A stretch of DNA of 64,000 nucleotides from Eledone cirrhosa (GCA_964016885.1 OZ024741.1:212288001-212352000), one strand, 5' to 3'; positions 1 to 14,339 are shown, counted from the stretch's first letter. Numbers and translations are program-made. The notes: generated from the sequence alone by a model not told the origin.

Positions 1-930
1 AAAAAGCTATAGTAAATAATGTGCAAAAGCGCATTAATAAAATATCAGCCAATAAAGCTATATTTGACGAAAATGCTGAAAACTACAACAACGCGTTAAA
101 AATAGCAGTATATGAGAATAATATAGAATATGTAGATAATAATAATCCAAGTCTTAATCCTGATAAAAATAATAACATATATAAACGAAATACTAATAAT
201 TATAATTCAAACACCCATACGCCAAACAAATTGAGGAAATGAACTAGAACTAAATCAGTCATATGGTTCGCCGCCCCTGCTTCAGTTGCAGTTAGAACAC
301 CAATTGCAAAACTATTCTATAATACTTTACACACCTCTTTCCCTACTCAACATAAATACAATTCTATTTTTAATAGACACACCATTAAATTGTCGTATTC
401 TACAACTATGAATATAGCCCAAAATATTGCTAAATTAAACACTAAAATTCTAAAAGAGAATCAGCATAATGATCTTAATATTAGCGTTAACATAAATGAT
501 ACTAAACCAAAATGTAATTGTAGAAATAAAACTGATTGCTCTCTGCAAAATAATTGTCTAGATAGTAATTTGGTTTATAAATGCACCGAAAAAACTGATC
601 ACAACACATACAACTAAATAGGATCGACTTCTTCTACATTTAAAGCCAGATTTGCGAACCATAAATGCTCATTTTCGAACTCCAAGAGGAAATCATCCAC
701 TTCTTTATCACAGCGCATATGGTCATTAAAAGAGAGGAATTTAAAAAACTCCATTCTTTGGACTAAACTTCGGAATTTACCGCAACTCAAGTATATGAAG
801 TAACTGCGCGCTCTGTACAATGGAGACCCTGTTGCTTATTAATAACTATGAGACCCTAATTAACAAAAAAAGTGAATTATTCTCTAATTGCATTCATAAA
901 GCTATGTCCACATTCCAAGCCTCCCATAAG
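1..930 (+). pseudogene. Disrupted PLE RT-thumb/GIY-YIG endonuclease (C-terminal EN, possibly Nematis-like)
   Basis: ORF fragments 21-242 and 390-617 continue across stops and frameshifts; homologous to 36440-37110 and 40560-41436. Confidence 0.85.
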
Positions 931-2802
931 ACCAGGAAAAAAAACACTAAGCCACTAAACTTGTTTTTGACGTAAATAATCAACAGTTGAAAACCTTAAT
1001 GGCCTTTAATATTGCTTTATCTTATAACTATCTATAGAAGGAATAACGCTCGAATGAATGACATTTGTTCAATAACACGCTGACACATTGATATACATAA
1101 CATAATATTATTAACTTTGATCCATACCATCATTCTCTATCTTTATTTTCCTATCTAAGTTTTAATTTTAGTTTAAATATCCAACCTGTACATTTTTACG
1201 GAACTTATTTTTAACTGTGAATCATTCATGTGTTTACACTCTGTTATTTATTTATAATATGTATGTATTTATCTTTTGTATGTTTTTAAATATACCTACC
1301 TTTATATTTTTCTATCCATGATTTAAATATAGTTCAAATATCCAACCTGTAAATTTTTATGGACCTTATTTTGAACTGTGAATCATCTATGCGTTTACAC
1401 TCTTTTTATATATATGTATGTATTTAACTTTAGCATGTTGGAATATATTATGTAAGATTATAATCATTATCATTTACCAAAAGTATGGACCTTATTTTGA
1501 ACTGTGAATCATCAATGCGTTTACACTCTTTTTATATATATGTATATATTTAACATTAGCATGTTGGAATCTATTATATAAGATTATAATCGTTATCATT
1601 TACCAAAAGTATACTGTCTCACTAATACTTAGTATATCTCTCTATACCTAATTTTTAAATAAATTTTAAATTTTTAGATTATTTATTTTGAATTGTGAAT
1701 AATTCATGCCTTTACACACTTTTATATATATGAATGTATTTGACTTTAGCATATTTGAATCTATTATTTTATATTCGTTATCATTTACCAAAAGTATACT
1801 GGCTCATTAATAGTTAGTATATCTCTCTATATCTAATTTTTATTTTTGCAAATATGTGTATCTGTATAATAACATAATCATATTATTAGTTACGTATATC
1901 TCAGCTTTTGATTTTTCTTGCATATATATCTATAGTGTATAATAACATAATTATCGTTTTGGTTTAACGCTATATATAATTTGTGCAAATATAGATATAT
2001 TGTACAATAGCATATTTATTATTAAGAGTTTATTCCTCCCATCAAGGTAGAACTTATATAGATATTTAATATAATATAACAAATATTAATTTATTACCAT
2101 AATTCCACACACATATATAAGCGGCTGAAAATTCTGCGTTAATCATTACACTAACTACTTGAAAATAAATGTTTAGATATTTCTAACAATAAGTACTTCA
2201 TAAGCTTTAGATACCGAAAATGTTGACACTCTTATAGGTAATTTTCGTTAAAGATTACATTTAAAAAAATATTCAACAGTGTAAATTTTCCTTTCGCTGG
2301 CCAAGTAAATCCTTTAAATTTTGTCTTCATAAAATTCAGAATTTTAGAAATGTTAACACATTTATAGAATTTATAAAATTAATAAATATAAATAACCATC
2401 AACTTTTAAAAAATTAAAATTTTGATTCTTCCCCCTTAAAATAACATAAATTAAATATTTAGAAACTTAACCGTTTAGCCTTTAACGAGAAAAAATTTGT
2501 TTCTGCATATATTACTCCCCTTTATCTCTTCCTCTCTTTAAATCTTCGATCAGTTGCCTTCATAAACTGTTATAGTTCAAGAAACGTTTTCCTAGATAAT
2601 CTCAATTTGTAGTATCCCACATGTTAAAATCTCTATAGCTGTCACATTAAGCCACGTTTTTCTTACTCATACATCCTCTATTGAATTTATTACGTTTTCG
2701 CATTTTCTCATTATTAGGGTATAAATGTTGAGTTTTCTCTTAGGTTAATCACTACCTTCATTAAATCTTAACCATTTAACATCACAGGGTATGTCATGTA
2801 TC

Positions 2803-2865
2803 ATTATATTTTGTCTGATGAGGACGTACTGTTGTACCTCTGAAATATGTATAATAAAATTTAAT
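2803..2865 (+). ncRNA. Type I hammerhead ribozyme motif (PLE pLTR)
   Basis: attatattttgt-CTGATGA-ggacgtac tgtt gtacctct-GAAA-tatgt-ATA-ataaaatttaat; stem I arms are complementary. Confidence 0.75.
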
Positions 2866-2900
2866 TGATCAAAAGAACATCTATTTTATAAATATTTGTA

Positions 2901-2946
<46 letters not shown>

Positions 2947-3002
2947 TTTGGTTTTTGTTTAATATAAAGAACTGTTTCTTTGTTTTATTCATTATTTTTT
3001 TA

Positions 3003-3041
<39 letters not shown>

Positions 3042-3582
3042 TGTATATTACAATCGCTTTATAGGGCAGGGCCATCGAAATATTTATAGTTCTTTCCCAG
3101 AATTAAAATTGTAAAGTACATTTTCCAGTCCAGCCTTCTGTTGTTTTAATAAATACTTTACTCCGTCCCTGCACCAACCACTGGATACCAGATCTACGAT
3201 GGATGAGTTGCACGACGTTGAGTGCTTTAATTAATTTATTTCATCATTGTTTACCAACCGGTTCTACTCACTGGTAAACAGCCACTTATAAATGCTATAT
3301 ATATATAGTCCTGCATCAGAAGAAAGAATGAGAAATAAGATAGTTTGAGGGGACGGGCGAGTTGGAATTGGAAAAATTGTCTTTAGATAAAAATAACAGG
3401 TCCATTCATGTTGACATCTTTTGCAAACTGTTGATGCTGGCGTTTTGTGTATGGTTTATTTTTTAGAAAATTGGATGATGGAGCGCGTCTACCTCAAATG
3501 GAAAAAAAAACCGTTTTGTAAAAAGAGCTATACTTGTGCACGTACGTTATGATACATCCGTACGAAGCTAAGAAGAAATGTG

Positions 3583-3791
3583 TGTGTATATGTGAGTGAA
3601 AGAGTGTATGTGCATGTAAGTACAAAGCTATGAGCAAAAGTATGTTATAAGGGTGTGTATGTGTGTATATAGAGCAGTGAAGGGAAAAGTGGAGTGAGCA
3701 TATATAGTCAGCCTAGGGAGAGTGCTCTATGTATGTTACAGAGCTATTTAATATTAAATAAATAAAAAATCTCTCCATATATATACAGAGA

Positions 3792-3855
<64 letters not shown>

Positions 3856-4755
3856 CAGGGAGAGAAAGGGGGGAGAGAGATATAGGAGAAAGAGAGAGAG
3901 GGTAGAGAGAAGGGGAGATATGGAGGAGCGGGATATATAGGGGAGAGAGGGGAGAGAGAGAGAGGGAGAGAGACAGTGAGACGGGAGAGAGAGATGAGAG
4001 AGAGAGAGGGGGGAGGAGAGAGAGAGGAGAGCGAGAGATACGGGAGAGAGATAGAGAGGAGAGAGAGATGGCAGAGAGACAGAGGGAAGAGAGATAGAGT
4101 GGAGAGAGAGAGGGGAGAGAGAGAGAGGAGAGAGATAAAGGGGAGACAGAGGGGAGACAGAGAGAGCGGAGAAAGAGTGATAGAGGGGAGAAAGAGATCT
4201 TGTAGAAACTGCGTCGGTTCCATCGATGGATGTTCCATTTGATTTGATTAAAGGAACAGCCTACACATGAAATTAACTTGCATATATATATGGGCAAAGG
4301 AGCTCTTAAGAGTCAATGGCCATCCAAAATCACTGGGAGAGATGACCCCTTAGCCTTTGTCAAGGCAGAATTCTAGGAGAAGGAAAACTCTGATATAACA
4401 CCTGCAACCCTGATGGTATCCAATGATGTTGACTTGTTCTTCTTTTTGGTAAATATCATCTTGGTTAAGAGAGTGGAACTGGCTTTGTGCAGTGCCTTTG
4501 CTCACTATAAAAGCTTCACGGCACAGGCATTGCTTTATATCTGGAGATCTCTCTGCACTTGCCGTCACATGGTACCATGGGCCCAGCACTGTGTCAATAA
4601 TTGTCACAAGTGTAGTGTTTGTACCAGAGTTTTCAAGTCGCTGGCTGGACTAAAAATTCACACTCGTTCAGCGCATCGGTAGGGGTTCTCCTACATGGAT
4701 ATAAAGTAGTGGCCGTACTCGAAAACGAGTTGGCAGCCACCATATATATATATAT

Positions 4756-4814
<59 letters not shown>

Positions 4815-5023
4815 TCTCTGTATATATATGGAGAGATTTTTTATTTATTTAATATTAAATAGCTCTGTAACATACATAGAGCACTCTCCCTAGGCTGACT
4901 ATATATGCTCACTCCACTTTTCCCTTCACTGCTCTATATACACACATACACACCCTTATAACATACTTTTGCTCATAGCTTTGTACTTACATGCACATAC
5001 ACTCTTTCACTCACATATACACA
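3583..5023. repeat. Near-perfect inverted duplication (3583-3853 vs 4764-5023)
   Basis: About 213 bp of unique sequence plus (GA)n reads as the reverse complement on the other side; no mismatch seen by eye. Confidence 0.9.
4292..4743 (+). mobile_element. Non-autonomous RTE-derived retroelement, copy 1 (5'-truncated)
   Basis: RTE 5'UTR-like tctaggagaaggaaaactctgat joined to a terminal C2H2 finger [23 protein letters not shown] and a 3' hairpin ctcgaaaacgag; near-identical to 34034-34649 and 44968-45579. Confidence 0.75.
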
Positions 5024-6257
5024 TATATATATACACACACATACATATGTGTATATATACACACACACACACATACACACACACATATACACACACACAT
5101 ATATATAGAGAGCGAGATATATAACACATATATATATATATATATTCATACACAGATAGATAGATAGAGACAGATATATGCAACTGTAACTCCTATGTGA
5201 AATGATGGAATGTTGGCTCTGTGGTTTGTTGATAAATGGAAATACTGCCGTTAATTAATCATACAAATACGCTGAACAAATCTTTATTTTCGTTCAATAT
5301 TATAATGTTTCCCGAACACCTATTTCTTTTTCGATACCAACAGAAACTTCATATGTGCTATTATAGTGCCACTGCGATGATAAATGTTTCCTTCGTGTTC
5401 TTGTATTTGTTTACATAGAAGACATAATACTAACAATTGCTAGACGGATCTCATGAATATTCATGGGTATATGAAGAAAGATATTTAGACTAGAAATATG
5501 CAGAAATGCACCAGATTTATATTGCTATCAACACTTACACGATTGCATAGATTTATAGCTGTCTGAAGTTAGGGAACAGTAAACCAGAAGTGGGCATAAG
5601 GAAGACGAGTAATGTTAGAAATTTGTTATTATCAATGGCGTTTCCATGGATTTCTCATGTTGCTATCGGTACATCTCGTATTTAATACTTATCTCCATCT
5701 TAGTCGGAAGGTAGGTTAGTTGGAAGTGGGGGAGACTCGTTCGGACATCATTTTCTCTATATTTCTTTAACATCCTATGCCTTCCCATTCATCACTTTTT
5801 TTGTTGTTGAACTGATAATCATATGTAAGTTATTAAAAACTGATGAATATCAGAGTTCCGTTTTCATGCGTCTGATTATAAAGCGAGGTATTACTAGTGT
5901 TACATAATTCTGAAGATACATGCAAGTAATGTCTTTCTCACGTTTCACATTTTATCTTAGCTAAGATCATACGCCCCATGAACTATATAGCATTCATTGA
6001 ATTATATCAGTTATGTATACGTCGCGCTCCCTGTTAAAGAATATGTAAAGCTTAACTCCTTGGGAGTCTTGCTAGAATTATAAGAATCTCAGAGAGTTAA
6101 AGTGATTAGATCCCGAAATATCTTGAGATATACGGTAAACGATTAAACTAATTTTCTTCTGTTTGTCTTTTCCCCCTTGTATTTCTAATTTGCCTTATAC
6201 CGGCTTTGCCCAATCAACCCTAACCACACCCAAACACATATATATATTTATGTATAT

Positions 6258-6354
<97 letters not shown>

Positions 6355-7879
6355 TGAGAGAGAGAGAGAGTCTGCGACAGCGTTTGTGTGTATGATGTGT
6401 CGTATACGTATGCATATAAGTATATATAGTTGTGTATGCATATATATATTCGCACATACACACCCAAGTAGAAGATTCGCCATATATATATAAAGACCTT
6501 GAAGCTATGTATGTATTAAGTCTATAAATTAGTTACGTTGGGTGAAAATATATGCTTTAGTTCCCTCATAAGTCTCTACCGACATATATTACTACTTCTA
6601 TAACTATATTGTCCTTAATCTGAACATAATTATAACGGTGAGTCCATTTGATATACTTATGAAAGGAAAAAAATAATAATGATATATGTGTCGATAGGAG
6701 GCGAAGTGTAATATGTCATCAGAATGTGTAAAAATCAAACACAACATTCATTTACGACTTTCTTCCTTCTTTTCGTGGATATTCACATCTATTTGATTCT
6801 GTGAGATCAGAAACGCCTTTGATGATTACTTGGTTAAACATTGTCACTTTTAGCCTCTGTATTCCAGTCAATACGAGATGAAACAAACGCACGGCGGCCA
6901 TTCTTTCTTCGTTATTTTCATCCATTTTTCCTATTATTTCTTTCTTCTTAGTTGCCCTTGACGAGATTACTAATGAAAGACTTGGAAAATTACAAGTTAC
7001 TTACTTTTATCTTGGTCTTGGACCGAATATTCGTCAGTCAGAATGAAAGTAAGTGAAAAAAAAAATGAATATTTCCCACTTTCATGCTCTTCTACATAAA
7101 TAATCAATATCAGTGTGTGTGTGTGCGTGTGTGTGTGTGTGTGTGTATGTGTGTGTATGTGTGTGTGTATGTGTGTGTACGTGTGTTTGTATGTCTGTGT
7201 ATGTGTGTGTGTGTGTGTCTGTGTGTGTGCGTGTGTGTGTGTGCGTGTGTTTAGTTGTAATACAGTAGCGCTTTCAAAGTATGCTTAATAGACAAAATTA
7301 TTGTACGTAACTTTCCCGTGGAACAGTTCTCAGAGGCATTTCCTCTCCCTAAACGTTTAAAATTTCAGGCCAATTCGAGTTTAACTCTTGATATATATAG
7401 CATCCTGCCTGAACTCGTTCTTGGTTCTATGGTACAAAGTCATCTGTTTAAAGGAGTTTGTGTTTAAATTAAAAATAATCCTACATAATGGGTCCGAATA
7501 ACGCTAACTTGTTACTTTGGAGTCCCGATCATCTACCAATATGGTGGACTAACTCGGTCGTTATATCTTCGTTGTAGTGAGTAGAGCTTTAGATCCTTCA
7601 GCCACTCCCAGTAGCTCATTTCCTTCAATGAGGCAATCTTCTTGTGATAGTTTCGTTGGATTACATACATACATAGATACAATTTTTATTATTAATATCG
7701 TTATACCGGTTTATACACAAAACCCACATTGCAACGCACAAAAAGACACAAACCCACAAACATACATATACAAACTAACACACCGTGTTTGTCCTGTGTT
7801 GTTCTTAATGTTTTCTTAGTGGAAACCGCTTGTCGTTTGGCCTTGTGGTTAAAGTACAAACAATTATTGTTATTACAAA

Positions 7880-9292
7880 CTGGTGAATTGGAGGTATCGG
7901 TAGAAAGTTGGACGCCATACTTTCTAGCATAGTTACATCCCTTTACGGTCTGAGTTCAAATCCCGTCGAGGTTAATTTTACCTTTCATCCTTACCGGGTC
8001 GATAAATTAAAGTACCAGTAATGTACTGTGTAATTGCTGGCCTCGTGCCGAAAGTAGAAACAATTATTATAAACTGGATTGCGGTAGATTGGCATTATCA
8101 GTCTAGCATCAGACAACATGCTTTGCAGCGTAGAGTTATGGCCATTTGCGTTCTAAGTTCAAATCCCGCCGAGGTTAGCTTTGCCTTTTATTCCTACGGG
8201 GTCGATAAAATAAAGCACCAGTAATGCACTGGTATTGATATAATCGACTTTTCCCCTCCCCCCAAAATTGCTGGCCTTGTGCCTAAATCAGAAATCATTA
8301 TTATGAGTTGGATTGGCTGTATTGAGTGTCAGATAATTTGCTTGGTGGCATAGAGTTACGGCTCTTTACGTTATGATATCAAATCCCGCCGAGGTTAGTT
8401 TTACCTTTCATCCTTACGGAGTCGATAAAATAAATCACCACTAATGAAGTGGGGTCGATTTAATCGACTTTCCCCTTCACCAAAAAATTTCTGGCCTTGT
8501 GCCTACAGTAGAAATCTTCCTCATTAGTATTATTATCCCAGTGTAATAAAGTACTAGTAATACACTGGGATAATTGCTGGTTGACTTTGCCTTTCATCCT
8601 TACGGGGTCGATAAAATAAAGTACCAGTAATGCACTGGGTAATTGCTGGCCTTGTGCCTAAAGTAGAAACAATTATTAGTAGTTGTTGTGTGGTGGATTG
8701 GCAGTATCGGTAGAGAGTCGGACGCCATGTTTTTCAGTGTAGAGTTACAGCCCTTTACTTTCTGAGTTCAAATCCCGCCGATGTTAACTTTGCCTTTCAT
8801 CCTTACGGGGTCGATAAAATAAAGTACCAGTAATACATTGGGATAATTGCTGGCCTTGTGCCAAAAGTAGAAACAATTATTAGTACTAGTTGTAGTATTA
8901 TTCTAATACCACTTGGATCTTTAGGTTTAAAAACATTACTTCGATTAATAAATTTTCCAAACAGGGTAGCATCAAAATATTCTACCACATTACATTATAT
9001 TTAAAAAGACGCCATGCTTTGACGTATAGAGTTACGGTCCTTGCCATTCCGAGTTCAAATCCCGTCAAGGTTAACTTTGCCTTTCATCCTTACGGGGTCG
9101 ATAAAATAAAGTACCAGTAATGCACTGGGTAATTGCTGGCCTTGTGCCTAACGTAGAAACAATTATATTTAAAAAGTTCAAATCCCACCGATGTTAACTT
9201 TGCCTTTCATCCTTACGGGGTCGATAAAATAAAGGACCAGTAATGCACTGGGATAATTGCCGGCCTTTTGCCAAAAGTAGAAACAATTATAT
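7880..9292 (+). mobile_element. Head-to-tail cluster of about 8 full or partial tRNA-derived SINE copies (Meta/MESC-core type, Octopus-like)
   Basis: A-box-like tggcagtatcgg, B-box gagttcaaatccc, core gcctttcatccttacggggtcgataaaataaagtaccagt and tail aattgctggccttgtgcc..agtagaaacaatta are repeated. Confidence 0.85.
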
Positions 9293-9499
9293 TTAGAAAG
9301 CAAATTACCTCTCTCAATTAATTCTTCCCGCTTCACTAAATGACGTAATTAGATCTGTTTTATTCTCTTTGCATACAAATATCTGTAATTCAATTTTAAC
9401 CTTTTCTCGTGTGGCTGTTATGTTTTTCAATATTTTAAAGGCAATATGTGCTCTTAATGATTTCGAAATATTTATATCTGCGTCAACGGGTTGACATAT

Positions 9500-9592
9500 C
9501 CCAGTTTCAGGAGATCCCGTATAAAGAGTGAAAGAAGAAATTGTGTAAATTTTAAATCTGGGCTAATAATAAATATTTGCTCTACGGGATTA
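9500..9592 (+). mobile_element. Decayed pLTR and tail fragment of the 36295-38240 PLE family
   Basis: gtttcaggagatcccg...gtgaaag...aataaatatttgctctacgg matches 38080-38165. Confidence 0.6.
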
Positions 9593-9602
9593 TATATATA
9601 TA

Positions 9603-9830
9603 GAGTGCAAATTTAGACGGGAACAAAACAGAGAGTCAGACAAATAAAGGTTTATTAGGTTCACGCTCTTGAGAGTGTGTAGGGGGGGGGGACGTTTCGG
9701 GCAGAAGCCCTTCTTCAGGATAAATAGGTTAGGAAGAGAGTTCCAAGGGTGTGTGGAAATACATTTAGAAAAAAAGGGGGGTAGGAGAAGAAATAAAAAT
9801 AAAAATAAACGTAAAAATAAATACTTTTGT
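9603..9830 (-). mobile_element. PLE pLTR fragment with minimal HHR core and 3' tail
   Basis: Minus strand CTGAAGA-agggc ttct gccc-GAAAC-GTC (9691-9718); the tail recurs at 49131-49212; ends at (TA)n. Confidence 0.65.
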
Positions 9831-9832
9831 TG

Positions 9833-10893
9833 TTGCAGCAAAGCGCCTGATGTTAAATATGCTGCATGAGTTTCGATATCGCATGTAAACACCATGCTCG
9901 CAATTCCTGAATACAATATGGAATACCATTGCAAAGTATATGGCAAACAGGGTCGGTGCCGGAATATCCCCCCATTTCACTCCATTTTTACTGAGATAGG
10001 CTCCGACATTAACCCAAGCCTTCATGTCGTCATGGAAAGACCTAACTAAAGCAAGGAACTTATCGGGGCAACCAATTTTCTGGAGAACCTTCCATAATGC
10101 ATTTCTGTTAACAGTATCGAATGCTTTTGTCAGATCGACAAAACCCTGATACAGATCCAAATCTTGTTCCATGCACTGGAGCTCTATAGCTGAGAAGTAC
10201 ATATCAGTAGTGCCGCCTCCAGCACGAAAACCAGATTGACTTTCAGGAAGAACACGATCTGCAATGTGTATCAGCAGACGGTCCAGAAGCACCCTACATA
10301 AAACTTTCCCTACGACAGAAAGCCATGATATATCTCTGTAGTTCCCACAATCATTCCTGTTACCCTTTCTCTTGAAAAAGACCACCATTCTGTATCTCTC
10401 CAGTCCTCAGGTACGGATTCATCAGCCCATATCCTGCCAAAAAAAGAGTGAAAATGCTGCAGAAGTCTCTCACCTCCATATTGTAGGAGCTCTGCATGTA
10501 TGCCATCCATACTTGGAGACCTTCCTCTGTTCAGCTTCGAGATAGCCACTGCAACCTCCACAAGCGTCGGAGGTTCTGCGAGAGCTACTTTCACAGGACT
10601 TTCTGGAATGAGATTGAGGAAATCTTCATTGACGACAGACGGCTGATTCAACAGCTCATGAAACTGCTCTCGCCACCTTCGTAGAATTCCTTGTGAGTCA
10701 CGAAGAAGTTCTTTGCCATCCTTGCTGCGAAGCGGTGTCACCAGAGAAGAAGACGGTCCATAAACCCCATGCAAGAGACTGTACAACAGCTTTGTGTTAT
10801 TGAAATCTGACGCAGTTTGTATCTCATCAGCCTTCTCACTCCACCACTGATCCTTCATCTGAGAAAAACTCCGCCTAACACGTGATTTCACAT
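9833..10893 (-). pseudogene. RTE-clade (BovB-like) LINE ORF fragment, reverse transcriptase region, frameshifted
   Basis: GRSPSMDGIHAELLQYGG, KGNRNDCGNYRDISWLSVVGKV, LPESQSGFRAG, FVDLTKAFDTVNR, GVKWGDIPAPTLF motifs. Confidence 0.92.
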
Positions 10894-12457
10894 ACAGACA
10901 TATATACATACGTATATACATTCATGTATACATATATACATTCATACATATATATATATATACATACGCACATACATACATATATACATACGTACATACA
11001 TACACACATACACACAAACATATATACATACATACATATATACATACATATATACATACATATATACATACATATATGTATTCATACATATATACATATA
11101 TATACTCATACATATATACATACATACAAATATACATACACACACACACATACATATATATATATTATATATATATATATATATATATTTCTATGTATGA
11201 GTATGTACTTAAACTTCCAGGTATTAAATTGTTACTATTTATAATTATATCATACCAGATAATATCTAAACAAAAAAAAACCCCAATTTTTTTATGAATT
11301 TTCTTCTGCATTATTGGCATATTTAAATATATCGACTAATTGTATGACAAGGCTTAAAAAAATAATTGCTCGGTTTGTAAAAACTTTTTGCTGCTTTACC
11401 AAAAACTCTCCTAACATCAATATTTTATAAAACAAAAATGTTTGCATTGCAGGGTTCGTCCCAGTTAATAATAGGTTCAGAGTTAAACAGATTCAAATTA
11501 CACAAAAGACATAACCATTATCTTTAGGTCAAGCTATTTGAAGTAAATCCTAAAACAGAACAGTACTGTTTCCCATACACACAAATACACGTACATACAC
11601 AGGCGCACACATGCACATATACATACTCATATATACATATACACAAATACATACATACTCATATACACACAAACACACATACAGACATACACACATACAC
11701 ATAAACACACACGTATACATACACACACATACTTAAACAGAAATATATTTATATATACACTTATATATATACACATAAACACATATATAAACACACACAC
11801 ACATACACACACACATACAGACACACATACACACATACATACACACACACAGACACCGACACACACACACATAGGCACACAGACCCTCCATACACACACA
11901 CAATATTTAATAAAACATAGGCTAGGCCAATTTGAAAACGGATCACGAAAAAAAATTAAAACCCTGCCCTATAATTATATTCAAAAGGAATTTTATTTCA
12001 GAAGCGTCGTGTATTCATTCAATTTAATAATAAAACTATATATTTTTTTGTATTCTTAATATCTTTATAGCAATAGGAATTTTAAAAAAAAAACTGTTTT
12101 TTTCTTATATAAGATGAATTCGTTTTTTGTTCCATCAGGAAATTTAATATCTAAATGCAAACAGATTTTTTTTTCACGTTATTCCTTTTTCATAAGATTG
12201 ATTCATCTCGCGTTCATAAATAGTATTTGTTTTCATATTCCTCACAAACTAACCACAATGTTTTGATATAGATCTATTTCTAGACGATGTTTCCTTTGCT
12301 GCAGCCTATTGTGTTCAGATTAGAAGGGAATTATCTCCCTTGCGCCTGTCTAATAATGGTAACAAATATTTCATCTTGACATTTTCTATTTAATTTCTGC
12401 TCCCATAATTGTTAATACGTTTATATATGTATATACATCCACACCCTCTCTCTCTCT

Positions 12458-12503
<46 letters not shown>

Positions 12504-12509
12504 ATATAT

Positions 12510-12640
12510 AAATGGCTTCTACAGGACTAGAACTGTGACATTCGGGAGAAATCATCAGGGCTCCCTGATGATTTCTCCAGAATGAAACACTTCTAGTCCT
12601 GTAGAGCCATTTCTATAATAAATATTTATACTCTGCTATG
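12510..12640 (+). mobile_element. Fold-back PLE-like pLTR fragment with HHR-like core
   Basis: About 50-bp inverted repeat centred near 12562; right arm CTGATGA-tttctccagaat-GAAAC-acttcta-GTC followed by an extra tail; (TA)n on the left. Confidence 0.55.
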
Positions 12641-12642
12641 TA

Positions 12643-12878
12643 TTGAGGTTAGCTGGACATGCTCACCGACATCAAGAGTTGACACTGCACTCAGTGTTCT
12701 TGTGGGAGTCCCTGCATGGACACACTGGAAGAGGAAGACTGAGGTTACCATATGTTGATGCCCTAAGGACAGAGACTGGTTTGTTGGAGACGCAGGACAT
12801 GGCAGCGATAATGGGGGACAGAGACCGTTGGAGAGAACTCGTCCATGGATCTCGGCAATTGTACCCGCCCTAGATATA
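12643..12878 (+). mobile_element. RTE/RTE-X LINE 3' end fragment
   Basis: [35 protein letters not shown]-terminal motif; second copy at 48385-48618. Confidence 0.8.
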
Positions 12879-13104
12879 TATACTATAAGGATAAGGAAGA
12901 AGGATTCAGTGTTACATCATAATTAACTATATATATATATATATATATATATAATTGTGTGGTTTACCAATGGGTAGAACTCCTCATACGGGTATGTTGT
13001 TTTTAAATGAATAGCTACACCTGTGTGTGTGTGTGTATAACGAAAAATTAGTTAAAAAAATGAAAGTAGAATGAAGTAGAATTTATAGTATATCTCGCTC
13101 TGTA

Positions 13105-13169
<65 letters not shown>

Positions 13170-13185
13170 TATACACACACTTTCA

Positions 13186-13525
13186 TCTATATACTATTAA
13201 ACCTGTGTGATTGTGTGCCTGTCTGTAACTTGGTAGAGCCAAAACGGCGCATACCAGGAAAATAATTTGAAAAGGAGTTGCCCCTGAAATGGGGATACAA
13301 ATGGAATAATATAAGTTTCGCGTAAATCGGAGCACGGATTCCTGTTTTTTTTCTGAGTACCTTCATAAATAGCCAACAACCCCGTGATAACCAATAACCC
13401 TCTCACTATATGTTATAATCCCCTCCCTTTCTATATATTATAGCCCTATCTCTTTCTATCTATTATAACCATCTCTATATATAATACAAGACTACTCGTG
13501 ACTCGTTGGATCACGGGTGGTCTAG
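13186..13525 (+). mobile_element. Non-autonomous Helitron
   Basis: a|TCtatatactattaaa 5' end; subterminal hairpin ctcgtga..tcacggg followed by CTAG|t. Confidence 0.65.
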
Positions 13526-14339
13526 TACTCAATAAAGTTCATTTATGTTGCAACCTCGTCTTCGTTCCTCCTTACTTGTTATGTATATATAGGAATGTAT
13601 ATGTATGTGTGTCAACGAAGGGCCATCTATGTGATAACTCGAGCTGCTGAGCGAATGTGAGGAATAGATGTAAAGGAAGAATTGACCCCCAGTAGTGGAA
13701 TGAAACTTTATCCTCCTGTAAAAGATGAAAGACAAAGCTAACGTTGGCGGTATTTCAACTCAGAGAGCCGCCACGAATACTACAACGAATTATATCCGAC
13801 CTTCTAACGATTCTGCCAATTCACAACTGTATTTCATATAGAGAGATTTATTTTCAACTCTGTCACTGATTCTGGACTAAAACCATTCTATATTACTTTA
13901 ATGAACATAACTTTATTTAATCTCTATGAGATTATTGGAATCTGATTTCTCCTAACATATATATTATTAATTCAACGTATTAACTCCATTTTTCAAACGA
14001 AAGGTCAGACATAGAACCAAAAGAATAACATCTAATGTAATGATAATCTCTGAAAGCTAAATAGTTTCTAAAAGGATGTGTCACAATTATAAGAGATGTA
14101 TCATAAATTAATGACTTTCAAAGAGTATTCGCTAAATTCTTAATGAGAAAAATTCTTAATTATAATAAATATTGTATAAATCACATGAACCAAAATTAAT
14201 CTGACGTTTTTTGGGGATTGACCTGATTCGGATTACAATAATGCTTTTAACACACTGAATGATATCAACTATTAAATTGAAATGTCATCTATAACGTCCT
14301 TTATTGTAAAACATTTAAGTGTCTTTTGTGGTTATGAAA

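Larger units (their letters stand above)
1..2905 (+). mobile_element. Penelope-like retroelement, 3' part (RT thumb, GIY-YIG endonuclease remnant, long AT-rich 3' region, HHR pLTR), ending at (TA)n
   Basis: Broken reading frames give KRINKISANKAIFDENAENYNNAL (thumb), IFNRHTIKLSYSTTMNI, CNCRNKTDCSLQNNCL..VYKC..*IGSTSSTFKARFANHKCSF (GIY-YIG with CCHH). HHR at 2803-2865; internal tandem duplications at about 1160-1850. Confidence 0.85.

Noticed and set aside
1-930. Selenocysteine-recoded PLE (Naiad type)
   Set aside because: The EN is C-terminal to RT, and the disruptions include TAA stops and frameshifts, consistent with ordinary decay.
4413-4682. Host C2H2 zinc-finger exon
   Set aside because: It lies inside a three-copy interspersed repeat and the frame is broken in another copy; better explained as an RTE C-terminus.
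8690-8785. tRNA gene
   Set aside because: A- and B-box motifs are followed by the SINE core and lack a proper cloverleaf; this is a SINE head.
7880-9292. CRISPR-like repeat array
   Set aside because: Units are long diverged SINE copies without unique spacers, in eukaryotic DNA with no cas genes.
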